Positions 41,580-50,150 of a stretch of 54,425 bases of DNA are shown here, piece after piece. Position 1 is the stretch's first letter. Each line of letters opens with the position of its first letter. Both the position numbers and the translations under genes were made by a program. The stretch covers positions 1-54,425 of the IMG/VR virus record IMGVR_UViG_3300020043_000840. The stretch is one strand, 5' to 3'. The notes below the pieces were generated by a model. It had not been told where the DNA came from and searched no databases. It worked only from the letters and a program-made list of their open reading frames with translations. This stretch comes from a virus (Duplodnaviria > Caudoviricetes).

Positions 41580-43025
41580 TTACAATAACGTTTTTTCAAA
41601 GTGCTTTAGTGTGTAGTCTTTTTTCTTTGTGACAGCTTTATAGATGTCGTGTTCAATGCCTCCCTTAGCAAAAATCCAATATACTTGATTCTCTAGCCTT
41701 TCCTTTGTAGTCATTCGGTCTTTGCTCTGCCAATAACTCGTAGCACTAAAGTCTATATTGTAGTAAACCAAGTACTCAGCTTGTTTAAGACTGATTCCCT
41801 CACGTCCACTTACAATTTGTAGAGCTATAGATTTACCGGTGTCTTCAAAGACACTCAACTCTGAGGTTAGGTCATCTCCAAAGACTTGCTTGAGTGCATT
41901 GTATTCTTCTTTAAACTTGTAGAAGATTCCAATTTTACATCCTTCAAACTGCTCTTTGATAAACTCAGCCTTGCTCAAGTCAAGTATCATACTATTCCCA
42001 CTCTCAAATTTAATGGTACCACTGCATAACTGATGCACTTTCATCATCAATTTAACAGGAGTATCTGCCAAAATTATATCTTCTTTTCCTTCTACAACTA
42101 AATCTTTCTTTAATTTTTTAATAATTTTATAAGTAGACTCTTTCATTTCAACCTCAAGTATCTCTTCTGTGGTCTCGGTCATAAACCCTGCCTCTTGTTG
42201 CGTGTAGTTAATTGTGTACGGTTCCATTGCTTTAATGATGGTGTCAAGTCCTCCACTGTAGTCTTTTACAAGCAGCCCGTTAATCTTGCGTTGCTTCACG
42301 TTTACAAACTTATCGCAGAATCTATAGAAGTTTTTAAACTCAGAGAATGGATTGTTTGGTATCGCATAAACCTGATGATACATCTGAGAATAACTCTCAG
42401 GTGTTGGTGTCCCACTAAGTAGTATCACCATTGGTCTATGCTTTTTAATTACCTCTGCAACTAACTCCGCACGTCCACTTGGCTTTGGGAATGCACCCAT
42501 ACTATGAGCCTCATCGCAGATAACTAAATCCCACTTCTTATCGTTCATAACTAGGTGTAGGCTTTCATAATTGATGACAGATAGGGAGTACGTTGGTTTT
42601 AACGCACTGTAGTCGTCTTCAATTGAGCTAATTGCTTTCTTTTTAGTAATGAACAGCACATTTTTTATGCCACACATATCTGCTATACCAAGACTTGTAA
42701 GGGTTTTACCCGTACGAACTTCCATTGCAAGGTATAAGAATCTGTATTTTGAAAGTATCTCATACCCACTATGAATAATGTCAACCTGATAGTCCCTGAA
42801 CTGAAATTTATTTTGTTCCATCTCATATAGGTTTTTATAATACTCGCAACTGCTGACAATCTTATCTATTATATTCGGGTCTGTGTTATACTTAAGTGCT
42901 TCTCTAATCTCAATTGCCTTGCCTCTACCTGACTTAACAGTTTCGGTTTTAAGAACAACTTTTTTTAGAGATTCACAGTAATCCAACATTGCCTTGTTGC
43001 TGTATCCTGAAGTTCTTTCAATCAT
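41580..43025 (-). CDS. SF2 (SNF2-like) helicase
   Basis: FRDYQ, EVRTGKT, DEAH, LSGTP, SGREGISL, YWQSKDR. Confidence 0.9.
   Translation of the reverse strand: MIERTSGYSNKAMLDYCESLKKVVLKTETVKSGRGKAIEIREALKYNTDPNIIDKIVSSCEYYKNLYEMEQNKFQFRDYQVDIIHSGYEILSKYRFLYLAMEVRTGKTLTSLGIADMCGIKNVLFITKKKAISSIEDDYSALKPTYSLSVINYESLHLVMNDKKWDLVICDEAHSMGAFPKPSGRAELVAEVIKKHRPMVILLSGTPTPESYSQMYHQVYAIPNNPFSEFKNFYRFCDKFVNVKQRKINGLLVKDYSGGLDTIIKAMEPYTINYTQQEAGFMTETTEEILEVEMKESTYKIIKKLKKDLVVEGKEDIILADTPVKLMMKVHQLCSGTIKFESGNSMILDLSKAEFIKEQFEGCKIGIFYKFKEEYNALKQVFGDDLTSELSVFEDTGKSIALQIVSGREGISLKQAEYLVYYNIDFSATSYWQSKDRMTTKERLENQVYWIFAKGGIEHDIYKAVTKKKDYTLKHFEKTLL
41839..41854. repeat. 16-bp palindromic motif copy (GTGTCTTCAAAGACAC) inside the helicase gene
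   Basis: Read directly; overlaps codons for SVFEDT on the - strand. Confidence 0.85.
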
Positions 43026-43357
43026 TTTTTTAATCTTTTAGTACAGTGACCGCAATACATTTTTCTGCTGTAATCAATTATTACAGGCTGAGGACACTCG
43101 CACTCATCTACAATGCGTGTACCATCCTCGTCAAAATTTTCGTCAATGTAATCCATCAACTCTTTGCAGTTCTCGAACATCTCATATGATTGGAAGTAAT
43201 CTATCATCAACTCAACCAATTCAATTGGCACCTCCTCATCAGGTATGTGTGCAAATAGACTCACATCAGACATTGCAATCTCATCAAGTGTATTTCTTTC
43301 TGTAATTAAGTTAAATGAATTAACCATCCCCACGTGAATCATTTGTTCTTGTGTCAT
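43022..43357 (-). CDS. Hypothetical protein with C-terminal Cys cluster
   Basis: 111 aa, CEC...C..C. Confidence 0.65.
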   Translation of the reverse strand: MTQEQMIHVGMVNSFNLITERNTLDEIAMSDVSLFAHIPDEEVPIELVELMIDYFQSYEMFENCKELMDYIDENFDEDGTRIVDECECPQPVIIDYSRKMYCGHCTKRLKK

Positions 43358-43366
43358 TTGTTTTAT

Positions 43367-45790
43367 TTAAAAAGGTGCTTCTTCAATACTTTCAGGTTTA
43401 CTTTTAATGATTATCCATCTACCTTGTTGGTCTCTATCCTCTTGTGGCATCGTTCCAACCTTATAAATCCCATAGGCGATAAGCCATTTGTAAAACTTGG
43501 TTCTGCTTACGCTCATCCTACCACGAGGTCCATAGTCGGGATACTCATCTACAAAGTTAGAATATAATTCGTTCTTGTAAAGTCTCGTGTCGGTCTGTAA
43601 CATAACCTCTCTGTTCTGATGGGTATCTACAAGTCCGCACCACTCAATAAACTCGTGGCAAGTCTCTGCTGACAACTGACGAATCTTAAGGTTTACAAAC
43701 TTGCTCTTTACAAGACCTATTCTGATATAGGTAGTCAAGCAACCAATCATATAATTGTCAAACTCACACCAATCCTCATCATTCCAATCGCCAAACATCA
43801 ACTTACCAAACTCATCAAGTGGAGTAAACTCCTTGGTATAATACTGATGCAACTCCAACTCCCACTTTCTTCTAGCGAATGAATTACCGGCACCCTTAAT
43901 TGCATAGTTCGTTGTAATGGCAATCTTCGGAGACCTGCTGAATGGTATCTTGATGGCGTCCTTGTTTTTCTTCTCAAGCGTTAGACCCTCCGTAACTACT
44001 GAGAATAAACGCTCGAAGTCAAAATGCTTTCTCACATCATCGAAGCAAAGTATCTGCGTGTCTGCTGACACCAACTGATAAGCGAAGCTACGCTCGAAAG
44101 CAAATGACTTGCCATCAATCACAACCAATTTCTTCATCTTACTAAGTGCATTCATAAGAAGTCCTTTCCCTGTTCCACCCTCAGGATTATCACTGATAAC
44201 CTCATCGTTTAAAATCACAGCAGGGCAGAATGATAGGTTCTTATATCCGTGCATTAAGAATCCAAGTGTACTCTCCATTGACTTAACTCTTTGCTCATCT
44301 CCACCATTGATATTGCTAACAAACTTTTTGAAGTCGCACTTTCCGGTGACATCGCAAATGTTAAAGTTCCTATCAATCACGTGGTCTTTCCACACGTATC
44401 CTCCCAAATCCAAATAGTCAAGCGTTGTTATACCATCCTTGCTAATCTTTACAGCACAGTTCTTGTAGTACAAGTATGATGCATCTTTTGTATCAGCAAT
44501 AAAGTAAATCTCAATCGTTGATAGCATTGACAAAAACTCTTCTTTAAAGAATCGTGTGTTGTCAGCGAAGTAGTTATAAACTCCAATGTCATCTAGCTCC
44601 AATAAATGCGTAAGCACAAAGTCTTTAATCTCCTTCTCTGAAGTATGGTCAATCAAATTGTTTGTAACCTTCACGAATATGTAGTTCTTACCACCCTCAG
44701 GGCAGTACTTGTAGAATCCATTGTCTTCCAAGAATTGCTTAAACTGTACGTGTACAACCTTAATGACTCCTCTGTCATTCCTATCCCAAAATGTCTGCAT
44801 CGCATTCTCTTCCTCAACCTTGTTTAATACAGACTCGATAGTATCGCTCTCCAAATTAGAGTCCTGCAATTGGATGCGAATCTCTTTTTTTGATACACCT
44901 CTCCTTAACTTTGCTTTGATGCTATTGATACGCTCCTCATCCTCGTAGTACTTAGTACCAAAGTTCGCTGTATGCCTATATGCTGAATCAATGGTCGTTC
45001 CAATCTCTCTTAGCGTAAAGTCTTCCGTTGCAAACTGATTGATTACATAAGACGCAAGACTCTTGTTAATACCAAAGTCATTAAATGCCATAGCAAGTAC
45101 GTACGCATTCTGATTACGCTGTCCCTCGTTCATAGGATACTTCTTCTCCCACCACTTTACAAGTATCTCTACAATCTTATTCTCATCCGTAATAGGTATC
45201 GTTGCTTTGTCTCTTGTTCTACTTACCTCAGTGTACTCAGGTTCCTCAATCACATCCCAAATGCTACTATTCTCATTAATCGCAATTAGAGGGTCATACG
45301 ACTCGTAACACACTCGGCTTAGGTTCTTACTCGTCTTGTCGAAATAAGGAGAATTAAAGTACTTCTCTAGCGAATTAAAGTACATCGTATGGTTCTCTGC
45401 ATCTGCAGGAATCTTAACCAATACTTTTAACCCATTACCCGAAGGAGAAATGAATACTGAATACACGTACTTGTTCTTTGACAAGTTCTCTTTGTCTTGC
45501 AATAGTTCTTTCTGCTTTGTATATCCATCGAAGTCTAAACATATCAATCCTGAATGCTCAATGAGTGATGCATCTGTTCTTTTATTAAACGTACCGCTGA
45601 AACATATCGCAGGCAACTGCTTCTTCAACTCCTGTCTCTCAGGCTTACGCTTCTCTAAGCGTATTTTCTTTACCAAATCTTTAGTAGCACCGGCTCCGTC
45701 CTTTATTCTGTCGAGTATAACGTGTACATCTCGGAAGAATGGCGTGTCAGTATCTCTAATATTTTGGAATATCGTCACATTATGTACCAT
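43367..45790 (-). CDS. Primase-helicase (VirE-N/BT4734-like domain + PriCT + P-loop NTPase)
   Basis: KKQLPAICFSGTF, HSGLICLDFD, FISPSGNGLK, EGQRN, GGTGKG, CFDD, ITTN. Confidence 0.85.
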   Translation of the reverse strand: MVHNVTIFQNIRDTDTPFFRDVHVILDRIKDGAGATKDLVKKIRLEKRKPERQELKKQLPAICFSGTFNKRTDASLIEHSGLICLDFDGYTKQKELLQDKENLSKNKYVYSVFISPSGNGLKVLVKIPADAENHTMYFNSLEKYFNSPYFDKTSKNLSRVCYESYDPLIAINENSSIWDVIEEPEYTEVSRTRDKATIPITDENKIVEILVKWWEKKYPMNEGQRNQNAYVLAMAFNDFGINKSLASYVINQFATEDFTLREIGTTIDSAYRHTANFGTKYYEDEERINSIKAKLRRGVSKKEIRIQLQDSNLESDTIESVLNKVEEENAMQTFWDRNDRGVIKVVHVQFKQFLEDNGFYKYCPEGGKNYIFVKVTNNLIDHTSEKEIKDFVLTHLLELDDIGVYNYFADNTRFFKEEFLSMLSTIEIYFIADTKDASYLYYKNCAVKISKDGITTLDYLDLGGYVWKDHVIDRNFNICDVTGKCDFKKFVSNINGGDEQRVKSMESTLGFLMHGYKNLSFCPAVILNDEVISDNPEGGTGKGLLMNALSKMKKLVVIDGKSFAFERSFAYQLVSADTQILCFDDVRKHFDFERLFSVVTEGLTLEKKNKDAIKIPFSRSPKIAITTNYAIKGAGNSFARRKWELELHQYYTKEFTPLDEFGKLMFGDWNDEDWCEFDNYMIGCLTTYIRIGLVKSKFVNLKIRQLSAETCHEFIEWCGLVDTHQNREVMLQTDTRLYKNELYSNFVDEYPDYGPRGRMSVSRTKFYKWLIAYGIYKVGTMPQEDRDQQGRWIIIKSKPESIEEAPF

Positions 45791-45791
45791 C

Positions 45792-45942
45792 TTATGTCGG
45801 TTTTATGTCGGTTTAAAGTATCTAACTATCTGATTACTAATACTAATGTCGATTATGTCGATTTTAAGTTCAAATTATAATCAAAGAAAATAAAAAGAAT
45901 ATAAAAACACATATAGAGAATATAGGGAAAACACATCGACAT
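45792..45942. promoter_or_regulatory. Putative replication origin: ATGTCG repeats flanking an AT-rich tract
   Basis: TTATGTCGGTTT x2 (45792, 45803), ATGTCGATT x2 (45846, 45855), inverted ATCGACAT (45935), A-rich spacer; directly upstream of the primase. Confidence 0.5.
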
Positions 45943-45962
45943 TTTCGTCACGCATTAGAGGT

Positions 45963-45989
45963 AAAAAAAGGGAGAGCTTTCACTCCCCC
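45963..45989 (-). terminator. Intrinsic terminator after the SSB-like gene
   Basis: - strand GGGGGAGT-GAAA-GCTCTCCC-T7. Confidence 0.8.
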
Positions 45990-46017
45990 AATTTTTGTTT
46001 CTAAATGGGTGTTAATT

Positions 46018-46344
46018 CTAAAATGGTAATGTACCATCGTCTTCTTCATCTTCAACCGCAGGTTTTGTCTGCTTAGGTTTTGACTGAGGCTTCGCCTCTG
46101 CTTTCTCTGATTGTGGTTTAGCACCACCGCCTTGCGTTGGCTCGTAGGTATCCAACTCAACATAATGATTGCCACTACGTGCAGTCTTAATGTTTAGGTT
46201 TACCCATCCACCTTTCTCGTGCTGTCTGATGAATGCTACCGCTTCATCTACTTTCATTGATAATCTCCCAACTACAAAGTCAGGTGCCTTTTCGTTTCTC
46301 TTAAATGAGAATCCGTCTGCAAAGATTTTTTCGTCTTGTGCCAT
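46018..46344 (-). CDS. Putative single-stranded DNA-binding protein
   Basis: Small beta-rich domain, flexible linker, acidic tail EDEEDDGTLPF; follows the exonuclease and annealing genes. Confidence 0.6.
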   Translation of the reverse strand: MAQDEKIFADGFSFKRNEKAPDFVVGRLSMKVDEAVAFIRQHEKGGWVNLNIKTARSGNHYVELDTYEPTQGGGAKPQSEKAEAKPQSKPKQTKPAVEDEEDDGTLPF

Positions 46345-46363
46345 TGTTCTTGAATTTATTTTT

Positions 46364-46417
46364 GTCCCAATCTATTTAAACTGAATGATAACCTTTGGGA
46401 CTAAGCCAACACTCAGT
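46364..46417 (-). ncRNA. Candidate cis-regulatory H-type pseudoknot in the SSB-like gene leader
   Basis: ACUGAGUGUUGGCUU pairs with AGGUUAUCAUUCAGU (four G-U pairs, one U-U mismatch); loop AGUCCCAA is complementary to downstream UUGGGAC. Confidence 0.55.
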
Positions 46418-46423
46418 ATCGTA

Positions 46424-46439
46424 GTGTCTTTAAAGACAC
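46424..46439. repeat. 16-bp perfect palindrome GTGTCTTTAAAGACAC
   Basis: Read directly; 6 nt after the exonuclease stop. Confidence 0.9.
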
Positions 46440-46445
46440 AATCTT

Positions 46446-47189
46446 TTATAACAAGTACTCGTCAATGTAATAGTTTACAATGTCATCACTTGGTTTAGAG
46501 CTAAAGTATTTATTATATACCTCAATGGCTTTTCCTACCTTAGCTTCGCCACCTTTTACAAAGTCTTCTGTTGGTCTAAAGATACCTAAAACTCCTGTTC
46601 CTTTATCAATTACATAGAAAACTAATGGCTTACCAAATAACTCCTGATAGATATAGCACTGAGAATCGTAGTTATACGACTTAGCACTATACTTAAACTT
46701 GTGTATGTCACTTGTAGTCTTAAGGTCAATCACTGCATTGTCTGTAACAATATCAGCCTTCCCCTTCCACATCATCCCCTGAATCTCTGCAACTGCCGGA
46801 GTCTCGTAAAGATTACCTGCCTTATAAATCTCATCATAGAACGCAATGTTCCCATTGATAATGCTTACAAGGTTTTGAATCTCATCTTGCTCCTTCTTCA
46901 ACATACAAAAAGGTAAATTGTTTTCTTCGCAGAATGCTTTGTACTCTTTCGTATTACGTGTACTCACATCTACTGAGGGCATAACCTTCGCCTTTTCAGG
47001 CTCCAAGATTAATTGGTGAAAGTATCTGCCATCCATAAATGCTTTGTTGTCTTCTCTAGTCTTACCAAAGTCTTGAGGATTATTAAGCAATACTCCTATG
47101 TCTGAATTGGATAGGTATTGTTTCCCAATACCATTATAATACTCGTTGTCATTCCTGAGCAACGTTATGATTTCTAATTCCTCTGCCAT
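46446..47189 (-). CDS. RecE-like PD-(D/E)XK exonuclease (DUF3799-like)
   Basis: LSNSD, G..FH..ILEP, KGKAD...IDLKTT, Y..Q.YIY. Confidence 0.8.
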   Translation of the reverse strand: MAEELEIITLLRNDNEYYNGIGKQYLSNSDIGVLLNNPQDFGKTREDNKAFMDGRYFHQLILEPEKAKVMPSVDVSTRNTKEYKAFCEENNLPFCMLKKEQDEIQNLVSIINGNIAFYDEIYKAGNLYETPAVAEIQGMMWKGKADIVTDNAVIDLKTTSDIHKFKYSAKSYNYDSQCYIYQELFGKPLVFYVIDKGTGVLGIFRPTEDFVKGGEAKVGKAIEVYNKYFSSKPSDDIVNYYIDEYLL

Positions 47190-47191
47190 TA

Positions 47192-47836
47192 TTATGCGTT
47201 TATAATGTTAGCGATTTCTTTCTTTAATGCAGGACTTACTTTGTACTTACGTACCAACTGAGCACCAATCTTCTCAATACCCAAAGACTTGTTAGCCGTT
47301 ACGTATTTTACAACCGCATCCCAATTCTCTGTACCTTTTTTTAAGTCGACTAATTCTTCTGCTGTTGTAGGTACTACCTTCTTAGTAGCCTCAACTTTTG
47401 TAGCTGTAGTCTCTCCCTCAGGTAAATCTTCTCCTGCATAAATATAAATCCCCAACCCAAACATCGCTAAGTTCTTAACTAAGCAACGCATAATTGTTTT
47501 GTTAATGTCGAATGTTGTAGCTCCTTCCACTTGCTTGTCTCCATAGCGTGTGCTGTAGCTATATGCTGTCTTCTTCATTGACTTGTTCGCACCATCCATT
47601 ACGGGCAACCACATCTCAAGCGTCTCGCCTTCGATAGTTACGGTAGTGTGACACATAAATCCAAGAGCATCGTCATACTCTGTCTCTAAGATTTTGTACG
47701 TAGCATCAGGGCAGGCTCTCTTTGTTTCGCTCCAAGCCCAAGCCCAAGATAAATAGGTTAGATTACTTTTCTTTTCAACGTGGTCGTTCACGTTAATGGC
47801 AGATAGCCTCTCGAAAACTGTTTGTTTGTTTTCCAT
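47192..47836 (-). CDS. Sak-type (DUF1071) single-strand annealing protein
   Basis: NVNDHVEKK..LTYLSWAWAW, LPVMD, RCLVK.LAMFGLG.YIYAGEDLP. Confidence 0.85.
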   Translation of the reverse strand: MENKQTVFERLSAINVNDHVEKKSNLTYLSWAWAWSETKRACPDATYKILETEYDDALGFMCHTTVTIEGETLEMWLPVMDGANKSMKKTAYSYSTRYGDKQVEGATTFDINKTIMRCLVKNLAMFGLGIYIYAGEDLPEGETTATKVEATKKVVPTTAEELVDLKKGTENWDAVVKYVTANKSLGIEKIGAQLVRKYKVSPALKKEIANIINA

Positions 47837-47870
47837 TTGATTAGATTTGATTGATTACTGATTGACTTGA

Positions 47871-48173
47871 TTAGATAAATACCGCTCTCTCCACATCCTT
47901 GACAATAGACACATAGTCTTTGTCTTCTGCTATCTTCTGCTCAACTGCAGTGATGCCGTGGATGATTGAGGAGTGCTTAATATCGTACCCTGCTTCGTTC
48001 ATATACTTTTGAATATAGGTAACTTGCATAGGTCTCTTTGAACATAGGTAGTAAACAAGGTGCCTTGCATCTACGAACTCCCTCTTCTTTGATTTTGAGA
48101 ATATATCCTCCTTATTTATATTAAATAGGTCTGCAACTCTCTCTACATACTGATTAAAAACATCGTGCTTCAT
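47871..48173 (-). CDS. DnaA C-terminal (domain IV)-like HTH protein
   Basis: VADLFNI...IFSKSKKREFVDARHLVYYLC...HSSIIHG; ATG 48173 preferred over the track start at 48197, which overlaps a promoter box. Confidence 0.7.
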   Translation of the reverse strand: MKHDVFNQYVERVADLFNINKEDIFSKSKKREFVDARHLVYYLCSKRPMQVTYIQKYMNEAGYDIKHSSIIHGITAVEQKIAEDKDYVSIVKDVERAVFI

Positions 48174-48194
48174 AACTTCAATTTGATTATACAA

Positions 48195-48202
48195 CAAATG
48201 TA
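48195..48202 (-). promoter_or_regulatory. -7 promoter box TACATTTG
   Basis: TAnnTTTG on the - strand, 21 nt before ATG 48173. Confidence 0.55.
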
Positions 48203-48227
48203 CTGAAAATGTTCATACATTGTTCAT

Positions 48228-48470
48228 TTATTTGTTAATATTTTTTAAAAACAACCATCCTTCTGCTTCATCCAATGAGATACTTTTAAATCCCTCATCC
48301 ACCATAAACTGACCTGACTTCAATCCTTGAATGATATGACCGCCAATGTACTGAACTACATCTGTGCAGTCTTTGTGCAGTATTTCATCAGGATTCTTTT
48401 CAAGATATGCATCTCTTCCTATAAATCTTCCTGTGCTACTAAATTCTTCTAGTGTTGTGTTGATTTTCAT
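48228..48470 (-). CDS. Hypothetical protein
   Basis: 80-aa ORF with ATCAAATG start. Confidence 0.65.
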   Translation of the reverse strand: MKINTTLEEFSSTGRFIGRDAYLEKNPDEILHKDCTDVVQYIGGHIIQGLKSGQFMVDEGFKSISLDEAEGWLFLKNINK

Positions 48471-48524
48471 TTGATAAAAGTTTATGGGAGCACAAGGCTC
48501 CCGTTGATTTGATTAAATTCCGTA

Positions 48525-48532
48525 CAAAGATA
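48525..48532 (-). promoter_or_regulatory. -7 promoter box TATCTTTG, with a leader hairpin at 48486-48502
   Basis: TAnnTTTG on the - strand, TTG 19 nt upstream; downstream hairpin GGGAGC-cttgt-GCTCCC. Confidence 0.6.
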
Positions 48533-48539
48533 GTTCAAT

Positions 48540-48737
48540 TTATTTATAAAACAATAGGTCTGTATATTTTACATAGACGAAACCATCGTGGATGATTTTG
48601 TCTGCGTTGTCCCAAGACTCTTTTGTAATTATGTGTCCCTCAGGAAAGTTTGGATTGGATTCCAACTCCTGAATTAATGAAGACGTCTGTTCTTGCAACA
48701 TCCTCAGTCTGTCTATTAGTGTTTCTTGCTTATCCAT
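48540..48737 (-). CDS. Hypothetical protein
   Basis: 65-aa ORF overlapping the upstream gene. Confidence 0.6.
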   Translation of the reverse strand: MDKQETLIDRLRMLQEQTSSLIQELESNPNFPEGHIITKESWDNADKIIHDGFVYVKYTDLLFYK

Positions 48738-49128
48738 AAACTACCTCCCCCATTGTTAAGTATTGGAAAACTATATCAGCGGAACCCGCATCTCCGTGTC
48801 CTCTCATATGATTTTCTAATGCCCATTTGTTTTCTTTGCTGTCTGATAATAATTGTAAACGTGCCTGCATAGTACCACGTGTGATTACTCCAATAACCTC
48901 TTCTTCGTTTTCTGCGTCATTGATAGCCACCTTTACATCGTGGTCTAATATTGCTTTAAGGATTGCTGTACTTAGGTACGGGTCTTCGCTCTTAGGAACC
49001 GCCTTCCTTATCTTTGCAACTGATTCATCAGGCAAGTAATACCAATAGTTACTACCGCCCTCTAGTGCTGTTACGAAAATGTCTTCTAAGACTTGTCGCT
49101 CTACTCCTTGAATGATTTTGATTTCCAT
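48730..49128 (-). CDS. Hypothetical early-type phage protein
   Basis: 132 aa, TALEGG.NYW...DA..ADIVFQ...GEVVYG. Confidence 0.7.
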   Translation of the reverse strand: MEIKIIQGVERQVLEDIFVTALEGGSNYWYYLPDESVAKIRKAVPKSEDPYLSTAILKAILDHDVKVAINDAENEEEVIGVITRGTMQARLQLLSDSKENKWALENHMRGHGDAGSADIVFQYLTMGEVVYG

Positions 49129-49129
49129 T

Positions 49130-49351
49130 TTATTTGATTTGATTGTTAGTTAAATATTGACACACCTCATCATAAATCTCATCATACTCGTATTGAATGA
49201 TGCCGTTGTAAACCATTACACCTCTCTTCTCTACCATAGTTACAACTCCCGTATTCTCATACTTCTTGTCGATGATTAGAGCTGTTAACTCCGATGCCAA
49301 TTCGTTCATATAGAACGTAGCCTTTGGCGTAGCATTGATTACATTTTCCAT
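49130..49351 (-). CDS. Hypothetical protein
   Basis: 73 aa, AATCAAATG leader. Confidence 0.65.
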   Translation of the reverse strand: MENVINATPKATFYMNELASELTALIIDKKYENTGVVTMVEKRGVMVYNGIIQYEYDEIYDEVCQYLTNNQIK

Positions 49352-49371
49352 TTGATTATTTGATTTGATTG

Positions 49372-49701
49372 TTATTGATTTTCATAAGGTCTGTACCATA
49401 ATTTGATTTCTAAATCGTCACACGTATCGTCAATGGCTAAAAAGATTTGCTCTGTCGTAGCCTCGTTGGTCATTGCTCTCTCAAGTATATTGTAGGCTAC
49501 ATCTTTACTACAATCGTAGTTCTGCAGAACATCGTCAATGCTCCATAGATTATCAACGAAGTACCCTTTACTCCTTAGCAACGCACGTGCTGTCGCCTCA
49601 TCGTTTAATTTTTCTTTTAATCGCTTCACTTCATCTCGAAGGAAGTCGATTTCCAAGTTAGCACTTGCCACTTGACTCATCTCGTAGTGATTTTTTTGCA
49701 T
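49372..49701 (-). CDS. Hypothetical protein
   Basis: 109-aa ORF, LWSIDDV motif. Confidence 0.65.
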   Translation of the reverse strand: MQKNHYEMSQVASANLEIDFLRDEVKRLKEKLNDEATARALLRSKGYFVDNLWSIDDVLQNYDCSKDVAYNILERAMTNEATTEQIFLAIDDTCDDLEIKLWYRPYENQ

Positions 49702-49814
49702 AAAAATTTGATTAAGATTACTAAAAGTATTGCCGTGAAAACTAACATAGCCAATGGCACCGATATAAATATATAATATAGAATGCCTAATAAAAAGTTA
49801 AAACTTTGTCTCAT
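49677..49814 (-). CDS. Small membrane peptide (45 aa)
   Basis: MRQSFNFLLGILYYIFISVPLAMLVFTAILLVILIKFLCKK...; ATG 4 nt after the upstream stop. Confidence 0.55.
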   Translation of the reverse strand: MRQSFNFLLGILYYIFISVPLAMLVFTAILLVILIKFLCKKITTR

Positions 49815-49818
49815 AGGT

Positions 49819-50043
49819 TTAGAATGATATGGTTTCAAAATTATAATACAATACAATTGTAGCCTTGGGGTGCTTACTTTGTAATGCTGAGATATAATCC
49901 TCATTGTCATACAATATCTCATTCTCCCTTTCGTAGTCTACCATAGGCTGAATGATTTTTCTTACTTGTTCTTCGCTTAGTGAAGTCATCAGGTAGAAGT
50001 CTTCTTCTCCCCAAGCACTCGTGTTGATTTTAAATACTTGCAT
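49819..50043 (-). CDS. Hypothetical protein downstream of hammerhead 1 (74 aa)
   Basis: ATG 50043 (MQVFKINT...); the longer track ORF only reads through the ribozyme. Confidence 0.7.
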   Translation of the reverse strand: MQVFKINTSAWGEEDFYLMTSLSEEQVRKIIQPMVDYERENEILYDNEDYISALQSKHPKATIVLYYNFETISF

Positions 50044-50063
50044 CTTTGTGGTTTGATTAAATT

Positions 50064-50115
50064 TCCGTTTCATCCTTTCGGACTCATCAGTCGGGATAAC
50101 ACATCCCGATACGGA
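50064..50115 (-). ncRNA. Type III hammerhead ribozyme 1
   Basis: UCCGU-A / UCGGGAU-GUGUU-AUCCCGA / CUGAUGA / GUCC-GAAA-GGAU / GAA-ACGGA; predicted cut after GUA (50110|50109). Confidence 0.93.
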
Positions 50116-50120
50116 GGATA

Positions 50121-50136
50121 GTGTCTTTAAAGACAC
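50121..50136. repeat. 16-bp perfect palindrome, extended by flanking pairs to about 50115-50143
   Basis: - strand AGGGTA-GTGTCTTTAAAGACAC-TATCCT. Confidence 0.9.
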
Positions 50137-50150
50137 TACCCTAAGTGGGA

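Noticed and set aside
46364-46417. Pistol ribozyme, suggested by hairpin-loop pseudoknot plus UUAAAUAG
   Set aside because: No P2/P3 stems or GU cleavage junction can be formed; kept only as an unclassified pseudoknot
49079-49094. ATGTCTTCTAAGACTT as a tenth palindrome copy
   Set aside because: Several mismatches break the symmetry; could be chance within coding sequence
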